From positions 1-55,145 of the forward strand of contig SLOU01000023.1 of the NCBI GenBank assembly GCA_007132385.1: a stretch of 55,145 bases of DNA, given 5' to 3'. The notes under the pieces are model-generated. The model ran no database searches. It was not told where the DNA came from and saw only the letters and a program-made list of their open reading frames with translations. Below, piece by piece: positions 26,048-36,552 of this stretch (positions are counted from its first letter, which is position 1; each line of letters opens with the position of its first letter). Position numbers and translations under genes: made by a program. Origin of the DNA: Balneolaceae bacterium. Its GTDB lineage: Bacteria > Bacteroidota > Rhodothermia > Balneolales > Balneolaceae.

Positions 26048-26737
26048 ATGACAGGATTACACTACCCTATCCTGCCCCTGATCTATATTCTGACTTTTGG
26101 TATCCTGCTAACTTCCTGCGGTGTAGTACGTACCGGAACTGTTGCAACAGGCCCTGTTTATGACGAAAGTCTTGAAGCAGGGGTAATGCTCCATGCTGGT
26201 ATAGCAAGCTGGTATGGGCCTAAATTCCACGGAAGAACCACGGCAAACGGAGAAACCTATAATATGGATGATTTTACGGCCGCACACAAAACCATGCCTT
26301 TTAATACAGTTGTGAGAGTATTAAACCGGGAAAATGGGAAAAGTGTGGATGTTCGCATTAACGACCGGGGGCCGTATGTCGGAGACAGAATTATCGACCT
26401 CTCCCGCAGAGCCGCTGAGGAGATCGATATGATCGGATCAGGAACTGCCCAGGTTGAGGTATTTTTTTTACAGGAAGGAGACAGACCGGTAACCAGTGAA
26501 AATAGCAGCAGCCCTGAAACTTTTACCGTTCAGCTTGCGTCATTTGATAACCGTAGGAGTGCGGAAGTCAAAGTTTCGGAAATTAACGGGTCTGAAGTGT
26601 TTAGAACCAATTTCGGCGGCACTATTGTCTACCGTGTCTACTTTGGTACTTATACAGATCAAAATGAAGCAGAAAGAGCCCTGAGAGAACTGCAAAGACG
26701 AGGACACAACGGATTTGTCAAACAAAAAGAAAACTGA
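26048..26737 (+). CDS. rlpA: Septal-ring lytic transglycosylase RlpA-family lipoprotein (DPBB plus SPOR domains)
   Basis: Lipobox LLTSC; ASWYGPKFHGRTTANGETYNMDDFTAAHKTMPFNTVVRVLN..VRINDRGPYV; and a C-terminal SPOR-like region (FTVQLASFDNRRSAE..YRVYFGTYTDQNEAERA). Confidence 0.88.
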   Translation: MTGLHYPILPLIYILTFGILLTSCGVVRTGTVATGPVYDESLEAGVMLHAGIASWYGPKFHGRTTANGETYNMDDFTAAHKTMPFNTVVRVLNRENGKSVDVRINDRGPYVGDRIIDLSRRAAEEIDMIGSGTAQVEVFFLQEGDRPVTSENSSSPETFTVQLASFDNRRSAEVKVSEINGSEVFRTNFGGTIVYRVYFGTYTDQNEAERALRELQRRGHNGFVKQKEN

Positions 26738-26781
26738 ATCATTTGCCGGCCTGCCGTGCCTTTCAATTGCTTTATAATCAA

Positions 26782-26811
26782 AAAGGGCCTTTCCTTTCGG
26801 AGAGGCCCTTT
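26782..26811. terminator. Hairpin terminator between convergent rlpA and dnaK
   Basis: 13-bp stem aaagggcctttcc / ggagaggcccttt (one G-U) with a 4-nt loop, and a U-run on the minus-strand side. Confidence 0.75.
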
Positions 26812-26836
26812 CCTATCTTAATTACGGTTCAACAAA

Positions 26837-28783
26837 TTATTTTTTCTTGTCATCTTCATCTTCTTCATCGACGACTTCAAAATCAGCATCCACGGCTTCT
26901 TCTCCTTCTTCAGATTTTGCCTCTTCAGCGCCTGGGGCACCGTTATCGGCTGCTCCCTCGCTGGCCTTTTGCTGATCCTGCTCAGTTGCCTGGTAAATCT
27001 CCTGTGAAGCATTTGCCCATGCCTGGTTTACCTCTTCAATCAGACTTTCGAGTTGATCGAAGTTTTCTTCGTTCTTAGCTTTCTCAAGATTTTCGATCGC
27101 TTCGTTGATCTTGGTTTTATTCCCATCGGAAATCTTGTCGCCATATTCATCGAGCTGTTTCCTGGTTGAAAAGATAAGGTTGTCGGCCTGATTCATCTTC
27201 TCGACCTGTTCACGGATCTTTTTATCTTCTTCGGCATGGTCTTCAGCAGACTCACGCATTTTTTCCACCTCTTCATCGGATAGTCCGGAGCTCTGTTCAA
27301 TTCGTATACTCTGTTCCTTCCCGGTACCTTTATCCTTCGCACTTACACTAAGCACACCATTAGCGTCAATATCGAAAGTTACTTCGATCTGAGGTACACC
27401 CCTGGGTGCCGGCGGGATACCATCCAGATGGAACCGTCCAAGTGTACGGTTATCCTGAGCCCTGGCCCTTTCACCTTGTAAAACGTGTATCTCCACGCTG
27501 CTTTGGTTATCGGCGGCAGTAGAAAAGACTTCTTTCTTGCTGGTCGGGATTGTAGTATTGGATTCAATCAGCTTTGTCATCACACCACCAAGGGTTTCAA
27601 TACCGAGTGTTAACGGTGTAACATCCAGCAATACCACATCATCAACATCACCGGAAAGTACGCCACCCTGGATTGCAGCGCCTACAGCTACCACTTCATC
27701 CGGGTTCACGCCCTTGCTCGGATCCTTGCCAAAAAACTCTTTCACTACTTCCTGAATTTTTGGAATCCGTGTGGATCCACCGACAAGAATCACCTGGTCG
27801 ATATCCTTTTTGGAAAAACCGGCATCTTTCATCGCTTTCTCACAAGGTTTGATAGTCCGCTTAACAAGATCATCGATCAACTGCTCAAATTTGGAGCGGG
27901 TCAAATCGATATTCAAGTGTTTCGGCCCTGAATCGGTTGCTGTGATAAACGGCAGATTAACATTGGTTTTTTGTGACGAGGAGAGTTCGATCTTGGCTTT
28001 TTCAGCCGCATCTTTAAGCCTCTGCATGGCCATTGGATCTTTTCTGAGATCAATACCTTCATCTCTTTTGAATTCATCAGCCAAAAAGTTGATCACCTTC
28101 TGGTCAAAATCATCCCCTCCGAGGTGTGTATCGCCGCTGGTTGATTTTACTTCAAATACACCGTCACCAAGTTCGAGTATCGATACATCGAATGTACCTC
28201 CCCCAAGGTCGTACACAACGATGGTTTGATCGTCGTTTTTCTTGTCAAGACCATAGGCAAGTGAGGCAGCGGTTGGCTCGTTAATGATCCTCTTGACTTC
28301 GAGGCCGGCTATCTTACCAGCTTCCTGGGTAGCCTTTCTTTGAGCATCATTAAAATAGGCAGGTACAGTAATAACTGCTTCTGTTACTGTCTCCCCCAGG
28401 TACTCTTCAGCTGTCTGTTTCATTTTTTGCAGAACCATCGCTGAAATTTCCTGCGGAGCATACATTCGGTCGTCAATTTGGACCCTTGCCGTACCATCGT
28501 CGCCTTTCGTTACTTTGTAGGACACCTGTCCGATTTCATCTTTTACCTCGGCATATTTTCTTCCCATAAATCTCTTGATGGAGGAAACGGTTTTCTCCGG
28601 ATTGGTAATTGCCTGCCGCTTGGCCGGTGCTCCAACCAATCGCTCTCCGTCTTTCGAGAATGCAACCACCGACGGAGTTGTTCTGCCACCCTCCGAGTTT
28701 TGTATTACGAGAGGCTCATTGCCCTCCATCACGGAGACGCATGAGTTCGTAGTTCCCAAGTCAATTCCTATTATCTTACCCAT
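26837..28783 (-). CDS. dnaK: Molecular chaperone DnaK (Hsp70)
   Basis: 648 aa: [42 protein letters not shown]. Confidence 0.97.
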   Translation of the reverse strand: MGKIIGIDLGTTNSCVSVMEGNEPLVIQNSEGGRTTPSVVAFSKDGERLVGAPAKRQAITNPEKTVSSIKRFMGRKYAEVKDEIGQVSYKVTKGDDGTARVQIDDRMYAPQEISAMVLQKMKQTAEEYLGETVTEAVITVPAYFNDAQRKATQEAGKIAGLEVKRIINEPTAASLAYGLDKKNDDQTIVVYDLGGGTFDVSILELGDGVFEVKSTSGDTHLGGDDFDQKVINFLADEFKRDEGIDLRKDPMAMQRLKDAAEKAKIELSSSQKTNVNLPFITATDSGPKHLNIDLTRSKFEQLIDDLVKRTIKPCEKAMKDAGFSKKDIDQVILVGGSTRIPKIQEVVKEFFGKDPSKGVNPDEVVAVGAAIQGGVLSGDVDDVVLLDVTPLTLGIETLGGVMTKLIESNTTIPTSKKEVFSTAADNQSSVEIHVLQGERARAQDNRTLGRFHLDGIPPAPRGVPQIEVTFDIDANGVLSVSAKDKGTGKEQSIRIEQSSGLSDEEVEKMRESAEDHAEEDKKIREQVEKMNQADNLIFSTRKQLDEYGDKISDGNKTKINEAIENLEKAKNEENFDQLESLIEEVNQAWANASQEIYQATEQDQQKASEGAADNGAPGAEEAKSEEGEEAVDADFEVVDEEDEDDKKK

Positions 28784-28902
28784 AATTTTGTTTCTTTTAT
28801 TGTTGGTTTTAAAATCGTTTCGTTTAATAAACTGTTTACCTTACAGATCGATTCACAGAGAATGTACTCCGTATTGTTTCCCGGCCAGCGATCAGGGCCG
28901 GT

Positions 28903-29331
28903 TTATTGAATCGGTATCGATTCCCCTTCCTTGTCTTCGCCTTTTTTCGGCAAACTGACCGATAACACACCGTTTTTAAAACTTGCGGATGTATCCGATG
29001 CGCTGATATACTCGGGCAGGGCAAAAGAACGCGAGAAAACTCCCGCTTTTCTTTCTTTACGTTTCAAATTTTCACCTTCCTGAAGTTGAAGTTCTCGTTC
29101 ACCGCTGACCCGAAGTACATTGTCTTTTAATGCAATACGAATCTGATTTTTATTCATACCGGGCAGATCGATTTCAATCCTGAATTCGTTTTCGGATTCC
29201 ACAATATCAGAATCAGGTAAAAAATCTCCTTCCATATCGTGTACCGGTACGATTTTTTCGACAAACTCCTGTATGTCGCGTCCGAGGCGCGACAGTTTCT
29301 TTTCGATATCTATTGTAAATTCATTCATCAT
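28903..29331 (-). CDS. Hsp20/alpha-crystallin-family small heat-shock protein
   Basis: 142 aa with an alpha-crystallin domain pattern (FRIEIDLPGMNKNQIRIALKDNVLRVSGER...FSRSFALPEYI..ASFKNGVLSVSLPK). Confidence 0.88.
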   Translation of the reverse strand: MMNEFTIDIEKKLSRLGRDIQEFVEKIVPVHDMEGDFLPDSDIVESENEFRIEIDLPGMNKNQIRIALKDNVLRVSGERELQLQEGENLKRKERKAGVFSRSFALPEYISASDTSASFKNGVLSVSLPKKGEDKEGESIPIQ

Positions 29332-29451
29332 TCTATCAGGTTTTCTTTTACTGATGCAACGATGATGCCAAGAAAAGAATGGGCTTCCATAAACTGACTT
29401 ATTGGCATGGAAGCGTAGTTTACCGGGGTGGGCTTGTCAGAAATACACGTA

Positions 29452-30738
29452 TTAACGTGTCAGTCGGTCAAGGTCCGACCAAAATCCGGGATAAGAGATG
29501 GCTGTACATTCCGCATGTTCTATTTTTGATACACCGTCAGCCATCAATGCCATTACAGCAGCCGACATTGCAATACGATGATCATGTTCGCTGTCGTATA
29601 CGGTATTTTCCGGTATGTGGCTTCCTTGTCCTTGAATGACAATGCCGTCTGCTCTCATTTCGAATTTTTCACCAGCGGCAGATAACAACCTTTCCATTGC
29701 GTGCAGGCGGTCTGTTTCTTTATGACGCAATTCACTTGCACCGGTAATCTCGGACCGTCCTTCTGCAAAACACATAGCTACCATCAATATCGGTAACTCA
29801 TCGATACAATTTGGAATTAGTGAAGGATCGAGTTTGACTGCTCTCAGTCCCGAACTACGCACCGTGACGGTACCCATCGGTTCGTCGAACTGATCCTCTT
29901 TAACAGCGATTTCGATATCGGCACCCATCTGCTGCAGGATCTGAAGGGCTGCTGTACGACTTGGATTCAGCCCCATATCTTCAAGAACAATTTCAGCGTC
30001 AGGATGAATTGATCCGGCTACCAGCCAGAAAGCAGCGGCTGAAAAATCGCCGGGAATCCGGTAATTTTGCCTGGGAAGGGGATGATTACGGTTGCTTCTT
30101 ATAAACGTAGTGTTTCCGGAGACTTCCACCGGTAATCGCAATAACCGTTCTGTATGATCGCGGCTGGGAACCGTTTCTATGATCTCTGTCTCTTTGTCTG
30201 CGAACAGGCCGGCCAGAAGAACGGCCGATTTGAGCTGGGCACTGGCTATGGGCAACGGATAGCGGATGCCCCGGATGCCTTCACCTCTTTCAATCTGAAG
30301 AGGTGCATATTCTCCGTCTCGTCCTTCAATTTTTGCCCCCATGCTGTTTAGCGGAGTAATGATTCTTTTCATTGTCCGTTTGCTCAGCGACTCATCCCCT
30401 GTTAACCGGCATTTTACACCGGCACCCGATAAAATACCGGACAGAAGGCGCATGGTTGTACCTGAATTACCACAATCCAGATCCTGTTCGGGGTTCTGCA
30501 ATCCATTTCGCCCAACCCCCTGAATCCGAACATATCCATCACTTGATTCTACCTGGACCCCGAGCTGTTTCAGACAGGAAAGAGTACTTTGAGGATCGGC
30601 AGCATCTGAATAGTTTTCAATACGGCTTTCACCTTCAGCAATTGCCGCAAACATAGCTGATCGGTGTGATATCGACTTGTCCGGCGGCAATTCAACTGTT
30701 CCCCGCAGTTTTCTTGATCCCTGAACGTTTTGAATCAT
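29452..30738 (-). CDS. aroA: 3-phosphoshikimate 1-carboxyvinyltransferase (EPSP synthase, class II-like)
   Basis: 428 aa: LRGTVELPPDKSISHRSAMFAA, LDCGNSGTTMRLLSG, LRHKETDRL. Confidence 0.92.
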   Translation of the reverse strand: MIQNVQGSRKLRGTVELPPDKSISHRSAMFAAIAEGESRIENYSDAADPQSTLSCLKQLGVQVESSDGYVRIQGVGRNGLQNPEQDLDCGNSGTTMRLLSGILSGAGVKCRLTGDESLSKRTMKRIITPLNSMGAKIEGRDGEYAPLQIERGEGIRGIRYPLPIASAQLKSAVLLAGLFADKETEIIETVPSRDHTERLLRLPVEVSGNTTFIRSNRNHPLPRQNYRIPGDFSAAAFWLVAGSIHPDAEIVLEDMGLNPSRTAALQILQQMGADIEIAVKEDQFDEPMGTVTVRSSGLRAVKLDPSLIPNCIDELPILMVAMCFAEGRSEITGASELRHKETDRLHAMERLLSAAGEKFEMRADGIVIQGQGSHIPENTVYDSEHDHRIAMSAAVMALMADGVSKIEHAECTAISYPGFWSDLDRLTR

Positions 30739-30749
30739 TGAGCCGTTTA

Positions 30750-33746
30750 TCAGTTTCTGTCAAGTAGCTGCTGCGCTCTATCGGCGGCATCCGTTCCAGG
30801 ATAATTATTCCTGACATCATTCAGTATGTTTAACGCATCACCCCGCTGTCCGTTCAGGATATGAATTTCAGCCGACCGGTATTTGGCGAGTCCAACCCAT
30901 TCCATATACGCTTCATAAAGCACGCTGACTCTCGAATAGGCATTCAGTGCCTGATCAAAATTCTGTTCTTGCTGAAAACTGCGGCCAATCATATACTGCG
31001 CTTCAGCGCCGATATTGGTAGTACTTCTGTCAGATACTTCTCTGTATATCTCTCTGGCATCCGAATACCGGTTCTGTTCAAAAAAAACATTGGCCAGTCC
31101 AAGTTGAGCTGCATCATTGCCGGGTGAAACTTCCAGGATATTATCGTAATACTGACGTGCGTCCTGTAAATTACCCATTGCAAGGCTGGCCCGGCCCAAC
31201 CCGATATAAGCTCTTTCATGATAACGCGACCCCATCTCCCGAAGCTGTTCAAAATAGTTTGCAGAAGCCTGATAGTTTCCATCCTCGTACAGCATCTGAC
31301 CGAGATTTTCGAGCGACGAAGCTGCCCGCTCAGTCTCCGGAAATTCCTCGACAATGGTACGATAGCTGTTCATTGCTTCACTTCTGTTATTCACGCGCAG
31401 ATAGGAATCAGCGAGATTGTAGTGAGCATCCGGCAGTAGATCATCTCTGTTGGTGATCCGGATATACTGTCGGAATTCTTCGACTGCAGCATTGAAATCA
31501 CCTGCCTGGTAACGATTTTCAGCTTGACGGAAACGAAGCTGATCGGCTGTTTGTGAAGTTGGATTTCTGGAAAGAAACTCTTCCATCACATTGGTGCTGG
31601 AATCTTCATCACCACCGGAAAGTTGGGCAAACTGTATTCCATCAATCGCCTCAAGGACATAGTCACTGCGAGGATACCGGTCCAGAACTTCCTTGTAAGC
31701 CTCAATCGCCATTTCAAATTCACCTGCATTGTAGAAAGCATCACCGATATTATACTGAGACCTAGCCGCCCACTCCGTATTGGGATACCGCTCAATAACC
31801 GTTTGAAATTCATTGATCGCCTGATCGTAGTTTCCTGTATTCAGATAGATATATGCAACATTATATTGTGCCTGCTCTCGCAGTGAACTAAACGGATAGA
31901 TTCGAAGCACTCGGCGAAATTCGGTAACAGCATCAAAATTTCGGTTCATACGATAATAGCTGTTTGCCACCTGGAACATAGCGTAGTCTCCGCCTGGTTC
32001 GGCACCGATTGTCATATTGTAATACTCCATAGCATTCTCATACTCTCCGAGTGCGAAATAGGAGTCTCCAATCCGGAGCTGTACATCCGTATCAAACGGA
32101 TACAGTGCAATTGATGGCGGGTCATAATTTTCCCTGAATTCAATAAACGGAGGTATCGCCTCCTGAAAATCCCCCATCATGAAATGAGCCCAGCCGAGTG
32201 CATAATTTGCAGCACCTACCAGCTCATGTTCGGGAAATTCGTTGATGAAACGTGAATACTGGCTGGATGCAGGCCCATAATTCTGTAATTGATAATGACT
32301 GTCGGCACTCCAGAACAGCGCCTCAGCCCCAATTTCAGACTCTGCCGAAGATTCGTTATACACCTGCTCGAATTCTGGCTGAGCCTGCTGATATGCCTGG
32401 TTGCTGTACTGGACCCATGCCCGCTGAAAACGCGCCCTGCGTTTAACTTCCGGGTCTACATCTGTCAACTCGTCTGCAATCTCAAATGCCTCAAGAGCCC
32501 GTGTATACTCGGCATTTGCATAAAACGCTTCCCCCAGCAACGAAATGATATCACCCGGTTGACTCAGAGTCTCATACTCTCTTGCAAGCGGCAATAATAT
32601 TTCAATAGCTTCGGGATACCGGCCAACTTCAAAAGCCAGTAATGCCCATTCATAATAAGCTTCTTGCTGGAAAAGCCCATCCTGGTATTTTTCACCAAAT
32701 TCGCGGAAAGTGTCCAACGCACGACGGTATCTGCCGGCCAGTTTCTCATTGGCACCTTTGTAATACAACGCTTTGCGTGCTGTTTCATCGTCACCTACGA
32801 CTGCCCTGGCAAACGATTCGGCTGCCCAGTGATATATGCCCTGTTTATGGAAAACCCAACCCAACCCGTAATGGGCCAGCCTGGCACCCATCTCATCATC
32901 CACCCTGTTCAGGTAGTAGCGGTAATGCCGGGAGGCTTCATCCAGGTTATCGAGCATATTATAACTTTCCGCCAACAGATAAACTGCCCTGGTAAGGTTT
33001 TCCCCAGAGAGATCCGAAAGTGCATTTTCAAAAGCATCAACGGCTTCGGCGTATCTTCCCTGCAGGTAATAGGATTCGCCAAGGGCTGTCCCGATTCGCC
33101 GTGTCATGGCATCGTCCGGATAGCGGTCTCTTAGCAGCTCAAATGCTTCAGCGGCTGCGGGATACGATTCCTCCGCCAGGTAGAGCCTCCCTCTTGCATA
33201 GAGAGCTCTCGGTGCCCATCTGGAATCAGGATGTTCATCTGCCAGTTTCTGAAAATAATCACGGGCTTCCTCATAACTTTGATCATCTGCTGCTGTTTCA
33301 GCCATCTGGTAGAGCAGATCCACACGCCTTGTATCCCGGATCGGATTTCTGAGAGCATGCTCAAAATGATTTAAAGCCGTACGATATTCACCTTTGTCCC
33401 GGTAGTTATGTCCAAGATCAACCAAAAGTTCCCCCGATCTCCGGCTGTGCGGGTGCCTGTTTACGTACCATTCGGTAAGAGGTTCAATCAGAGTCGGATC
33501 AACGCGAGTGTTGGCTTTCACGATGTAATAGCCGGCCGACTCAGCAAGTGTACTATTCTGTGTTTCCCTGTAAACTTTTTCAAACTTTGAGATCGACTCT
33601 ACATACAGACCTTGTTGAAAGAGCAGCAGTGCTGTCTGATAGGTTTGATCGGGAGACTCCTGCAGGTCCTGGGAATAGGCGTTTACAGCCGAACCCAGGA
33701 AAATGGCAACAATCAGTAAAACTGGACAAACGGTATGGCGGATCAT
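30750..33746 (-). CDS. Large secreted tetratricopeptide-repeat (TPR) protein
   Basis: 998 aa with a signal peptide (VLLIVAIFLGSAVNAYSQD) and dozens of TPR-like A-Y-Y/G-x-A-x-x-x-F repeats throughout. Confidence 0.8.
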   Translation of the reverse strand: MIRHTVCPVLLIVAIFLGSAVNAYSQDLQESPDQTYQTALLLFQQGLYVESISKFEKVYRETQNSTLAESAGYYIVKANTRVDPTLIEPLTEWYVNRHPHSRRSGELLVDLGHNYRDKGEYRTALNHFEHALRNPIRDTRRVDLLYQMAETAADDQSYEEARDYFQKLADEHPDSRWAPRALYARGRLYLAEESYPAAAEAFELLRDRYPDDAMTRRIGTALGESYYLQGRYAEAVDAFENALSDLSGENLTRAVYLLAESYNMLDNLDEASRHYRYYLNRVDDEMGARLAHYGLGWVFHKQGIYHWAAESFARAVVGDDETARKALYYKGANEKLAGRYRRALDTFREFGEKYQDGLFQQEAYYEWALLAFEVGRYPEAIEILLPLAREYETLSQPGDIISLLGEAFYANAEYTRALEAFEIADELTDVDPEVKRRARFQRAWVQYSNQAYQQAQPEFEQVYNESSAESEIGAEALFWSADSHYQLQNYGPASSQYSRFINEFPEHELVGAANYALGWAHFMMGDFQEAIPPFIEFRENYDPPSIALYPFDTDVQLRIGDSYFALGEYENAMEYYNMTIGAEPGGDYAMFQVANSYYRMNRNFDAVTEFRRVLRIYPFSSLREQAQYNVAYIYLNTGNYDQAINEFQTVIERYPNTEWAARSQYNIGDAFYNAGEFEMAIEAYKEVLDRYPRSDYVLEAIDGIQFAQLSGGDEDSSTNVMEEFLSRNPTSQTADQLRFRQAENRYQAGDFNAAVEEFRQYIRITNRDDLLPDAHYNLADSYLRVNNRSEAMNSYRTIVEEFPETERAASSLENLGQMLYEDGNYQASANYFEQLREMGSRYHERAYIGLGRASLAMGNLQDARQYYDNILEVSPGNDAAQLGLANVFFEQNRYSDAREIYREVSDRSTTNIGAEAQYMIGRSFQQEQNFDQALNAYSRVSVLYEAYMEWVGLAKYRSAEIHILNGQRGDALNILNDVRNNYPGTDAADRAQQLLDRN

Positions 33747-33908
33747 GTATTTTTCACATTATATAAGCAAAGGGAACCGACAGTCTGATTAGGGTAAATA
33801 TAGAAACATTTTTAGAATCTATTTATGATTTCACCGGCATCCGGGAGATTCCGTGAAACCGGGCAACGACGTTACACCGAACGGAATAAAATGATACGTT
33901 TATCAGTG

Positions 33909-34577
33909 CTATATATCCAGGTAACGAAGCAATTCTCCGGCTTTGTCCGATATATCAAATTGCAACAGTTCACTCTGATTTTCAGATTGTACACTGAACC
34001 CGTGTCTTCTGAGAGACTGGCTGATGCTGGACGTATCTTTTACATTCAGCTTGAATGAAACCAAGAAATTTTCCACTACTCCCTTGGGTGCCTCCACAGC
34101 AACCCCGAGAATCCGGGCATCCTCCGATTCAATCAAACGAACCAATTCACTCAGCGTATAATCCTGAGATTCCAATTCAACTGAAATAACGGAACCCGAG
34201 ACCGAAATATTGAGCAAATCTGAAAGTACTTCGAGCACCGCTTTCTTTTCGACTATACCCAGGTAGGTGTGTTCGGTATTGATTACAGGCAAAAACCTTA
34301 CTTCGTGCAGCAGCATCTGTCTTGCTACTTCAAAAATATGCTGATAATTAAATACGGCTGCCGGAGATTCGAGCTTGAGTGATGAAATCTTTACACTCTC
34401 ATCCGGGAGATCCACAAGCTGTTCAAGACGAATCTGACCGATCAGTTTACCAGTCGTCATCTCTACCACAGGCAAAGTTGTCGAATGCCAAGCATCCATC
34501 TTTGCCAAACCTTTGGATGCAGAATCTGACGGTGAAAGAGGGGTAAACTCTTCGTTAACAATTTTTTGAGCTATCAT
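33909..34577 (-). CDS. CBS-pair domain protein with a C-terminal ACT-like region
   Basis: 222 aa. It has two CBS-like modules (LPVVEMTTGKLIGQIRLEQL; LPVINTEHTYLGIVEKKAVL) followed by a small alpha/beta tail. Confidence 0.65.
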   Translation of the reverse strand: MIAQKIVNEEFTPLSPSDSASKGLAKMDAWHSTTLPVVEMTTGKLIGQIRLEQLVDLPDESVKISSLKLESPAAVFNYQHIFEVARQMLLHEVRFLPVINTEHTYLGIVEKKAVLEVLSDLLNISVSGSVISVELESQDYTLSELVRLIESEDARILGVAVEAPKGVVENFLVSFKLNVKDTSSISQSLRRHGFSVQSENQSELLQFDISDKAGELLRYLDI

Positions 34578-34621
34578 ATCTGATTGGTCCGATATTAATC
34601 CGGATGTTTAATATTGTAAAA

Positions 34622-35911
34622 TTATTGGCCAGATGTGCCATCAATTTCCAAAAGCAATGTTTCAAATCGGTTTTTTACCTTTTTTGACATGCTTCCGCTT
34701 ATTATGACCCCGCTGGCTTCATATTGTTCCTTGTCAACAACCGCTTCATCATGTAAAAAAGCGGCAGCTTTGTATTGAGATAATGGAATTTTATACTCAA
34801 AATTTACATAGTTCTCTTCAATAAGTTTCTCCAGGTGATCTTTCAGCTTACCAATTCCAATTGCCCTGGCTGCAGATAAATAGATCGCATCCGGGTATAT
34901 TTGTTTCAGCTCTTTTAGCGCTTCCGGCGGCAACAGATCAATTTTATTAAATACAAGAAGTTTCTTATTCCCCCTGGTTCCAAGATCATCCAGTGTTTGA
35001 TCGACAACATCAATATACTCTTCAATCGTTGAAGATGAAGCATCTACAACATGCAACATATAGTCCGACTCACGTACTTCATCCAGGGTTGATTTAAAGC
35101 TTTCAATCAAATCATGTGGCAGTTTCCGGATAAATCCAACAGTATCGGACAGAAGAACCGTGTGGTTTTCCAGGTCAAGACGGCGAACTGTAGAATCGAG
35201 TGTTGCAAAAAGCCGGTCTTCAGCGAGGACATCGGTTTCGGTAAGTGTATTCATCAGGGTCGATTTACCTGCATTGGTATAGCCAACCAGCGAAATCCTG
35301 ACCAGATCGTCTCGTCCTTTGCGCTGGGTTGTGCGCTGGCGGTCCAACTTGTCCAGTTTACCTTTTAACACAGATATTCGCCTTGAAATCAGCCGGCGGT
35401 CCGTTTCTATCTGGGTTTCACCCGGCCCCTTGGTACCAATTCCACCTTTTTGACGTGAAAGGTGCGTCCAAAAACGGGTGAGCCGAGGCAACAGGTATTG
35501 AAGCTGAGCCAGTTCCACCTGGGTTTTTGCTGCGGATGTTTTCGCTCTGGATGCAAATATATCCAGTATCAATCCACTGCGGTCAAGTACTTTTGCCTTG
35601 GTCCCCTTTTCAATGTTGCGAATCTGGGTAGCTGTCAGATCATCGTCAAAAATCAGTACGTCTATTTTTAGCTCACCAATGATCGCTTTCAACTCCTGGA
35701 GTTTCCCTTTGCCAACATAACTGGCCGGATCCGGATGCATCCGATTTTGTAATATCTTATCCACCGTGATCGCACCTGCCGTAAAAGCCAGCATCTCAAG
35801 CTCAGCAATATACTCTTCGGCTTCGTAACGCAGCGTATCAGATCCGTATACGCCAACGAGCAGGGCTCTTTCTTTTTCTAATTGATTATTGGGTGTAACT
35901 TCTTCTATCAA
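34622..35911 (-). CDS. hflX: GTPase HflX
   Basis: 429 aa: HflX N-domain (ALLVGVY..), IFASRAKTSAAKTQVELAQLQY, G1 GYTNAGKST, DTVGFI, NKID. Confidence 0.92.
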   Translation of the reverse strand: MIEEVTPNNQLEKERALLVGVYGSDTLRYEAEEYIAELEMLAFTAGAITVDKILQNRMHPDPASYVGKGKLQELKAIIGELKIDVLIFDDDLTATQIRNIEKGTKAKVLDRSGLILDIFASRAKTSAAKTQVELAQLQYLLPRLTRFWTHLSRQKGGIGTKGPGETQIETDRRLISRRISVLKGKLDKLDRQRTTQRKGRDDLVRISLVGYTNAGKSTLMNTLTETDVLAEDRLFATLDSTVRRLDLENHTVLLSDTVGFIRKLPHDLIESFKSTLDEVRESDYMLHVVDASSSTIEEYIDVVDQTLDDLGTRGNKKLLVFNKIDLLPPEALKELKQIYPDAIYLSAARAIGIGKLKDHLEKLIEENYVNFEYKIPLSQYKAAAFLHDEAVVDKEQYEASGVIISGSMSKKVKNRFETLLLEIDGTSGQ

Positions 35912-35956
35912 AGAGGAATTATTCGGTTAAATTATAATTTGGTCGCTGTAACCGCT

Positions 35957-36547
35957 TTATTTCAATGCACCTGCATCCATAAACGCTTCCAGCTCCGGAC
36001 TGATTGTTTTACCAAGCTTGTATGAAACTATTTTTTTGAACTTTTTCACTTTAAGAGAGGGTACTGTCAGTTCAAGTCGAATACATCGTTTTTGCCATCT
36101 TTCATCATCTCCATTCTCCTGGTAAATGAAAATATAATTTTTATCCCCTTCTGATGGCTTTTCCACAAAATCGGTTATCTGATACCAGGCCACTGTCTGG
36201 GAAGGGTCGTTAATATTCTTTACAATTCCGTGATCCGTGATGTATCGTTTTGAGGCCAGGTAACTGGCAGTAAACCAGTTCAAGCCTATCCAGATATAAC
36301 ATCCAACAATCGGATAATATTGGGAAAGTGACAATTGGTACACCACGCCACTCATTAATATTGCTGAAATCAGAAAAATAGTGGAAAATATCGGATACCC
36401 CTTCATCTTTCCGGCTTTCCAGCTCAAGCGCACATTTCTGAGCCTTACTACATTCAAAATCGAATAGGCTGACAAAAATGTAGATCCGAGCGTAAAAGCT
36501 GCCAGGAGTAGAACAAACAATCCGTGTATATCTGTTGATATCTGCAT
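35957..36547 (-). CDS. Hypothetical membrane protein (4 TM plus a soluble C-terminal domain)
   Basis: 196 aa with four N-terminal helices and then a ~80-aa beta-rich region. It lies 5 nt downstream of the BatA-like gene and is probably co-transcribed with it. Confidence 0.5.
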   Translation of the reverse strand: MQISTDIHGLFVLLLAAFTLGSTFLSAYSILNVVRLRNVRLSWKAGKMKGYPIFSTIFLISAILMSGVVYQLSLSQYYPIVGCYIWIGLNWFTASYLASKRYITDHGIVKNINDPSQTVAWYQITDFVEKPSEGDKNYIFIYQENGDDERWQKRCIRLELTVPSLKVKKFKKIVSYKLGKTISPELEAFMDAGALK

Positions 36548-36552
36548 GTAAA

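Noticed and set aside
26837-26900. DnaK C-terminal DADFEVVD...KKK tail resembling the eukaryotic EEVD motif, with a giant TPR protein 2 kb away
   Set aside because: E. coli DnaK ends with a very similar DAEFEEVKDKK tail, so this is the normal bacterial C-terminus. The TPR protein has a signal peptide and would be extracytoplasmic.
26743-27078. 111-aa plus-strand ORF overlapping the terminator and the dnaK 3' end
   Set aside because: It starts within the rlpA/dnaK terminator hairpin region, is antisense to dnaK, and is Leu/Arg/Pro-rich low-complexity sequence.
32252-33766. Cluster of 60-156-aa plus-strand ORFs opposite the TPR gene
   Set aside because: The ORFs overlap one another in several frames, are Arg/Pro/Cys-rich and look like nonsense. 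This is typical antisense background of a repeat-rich gene.
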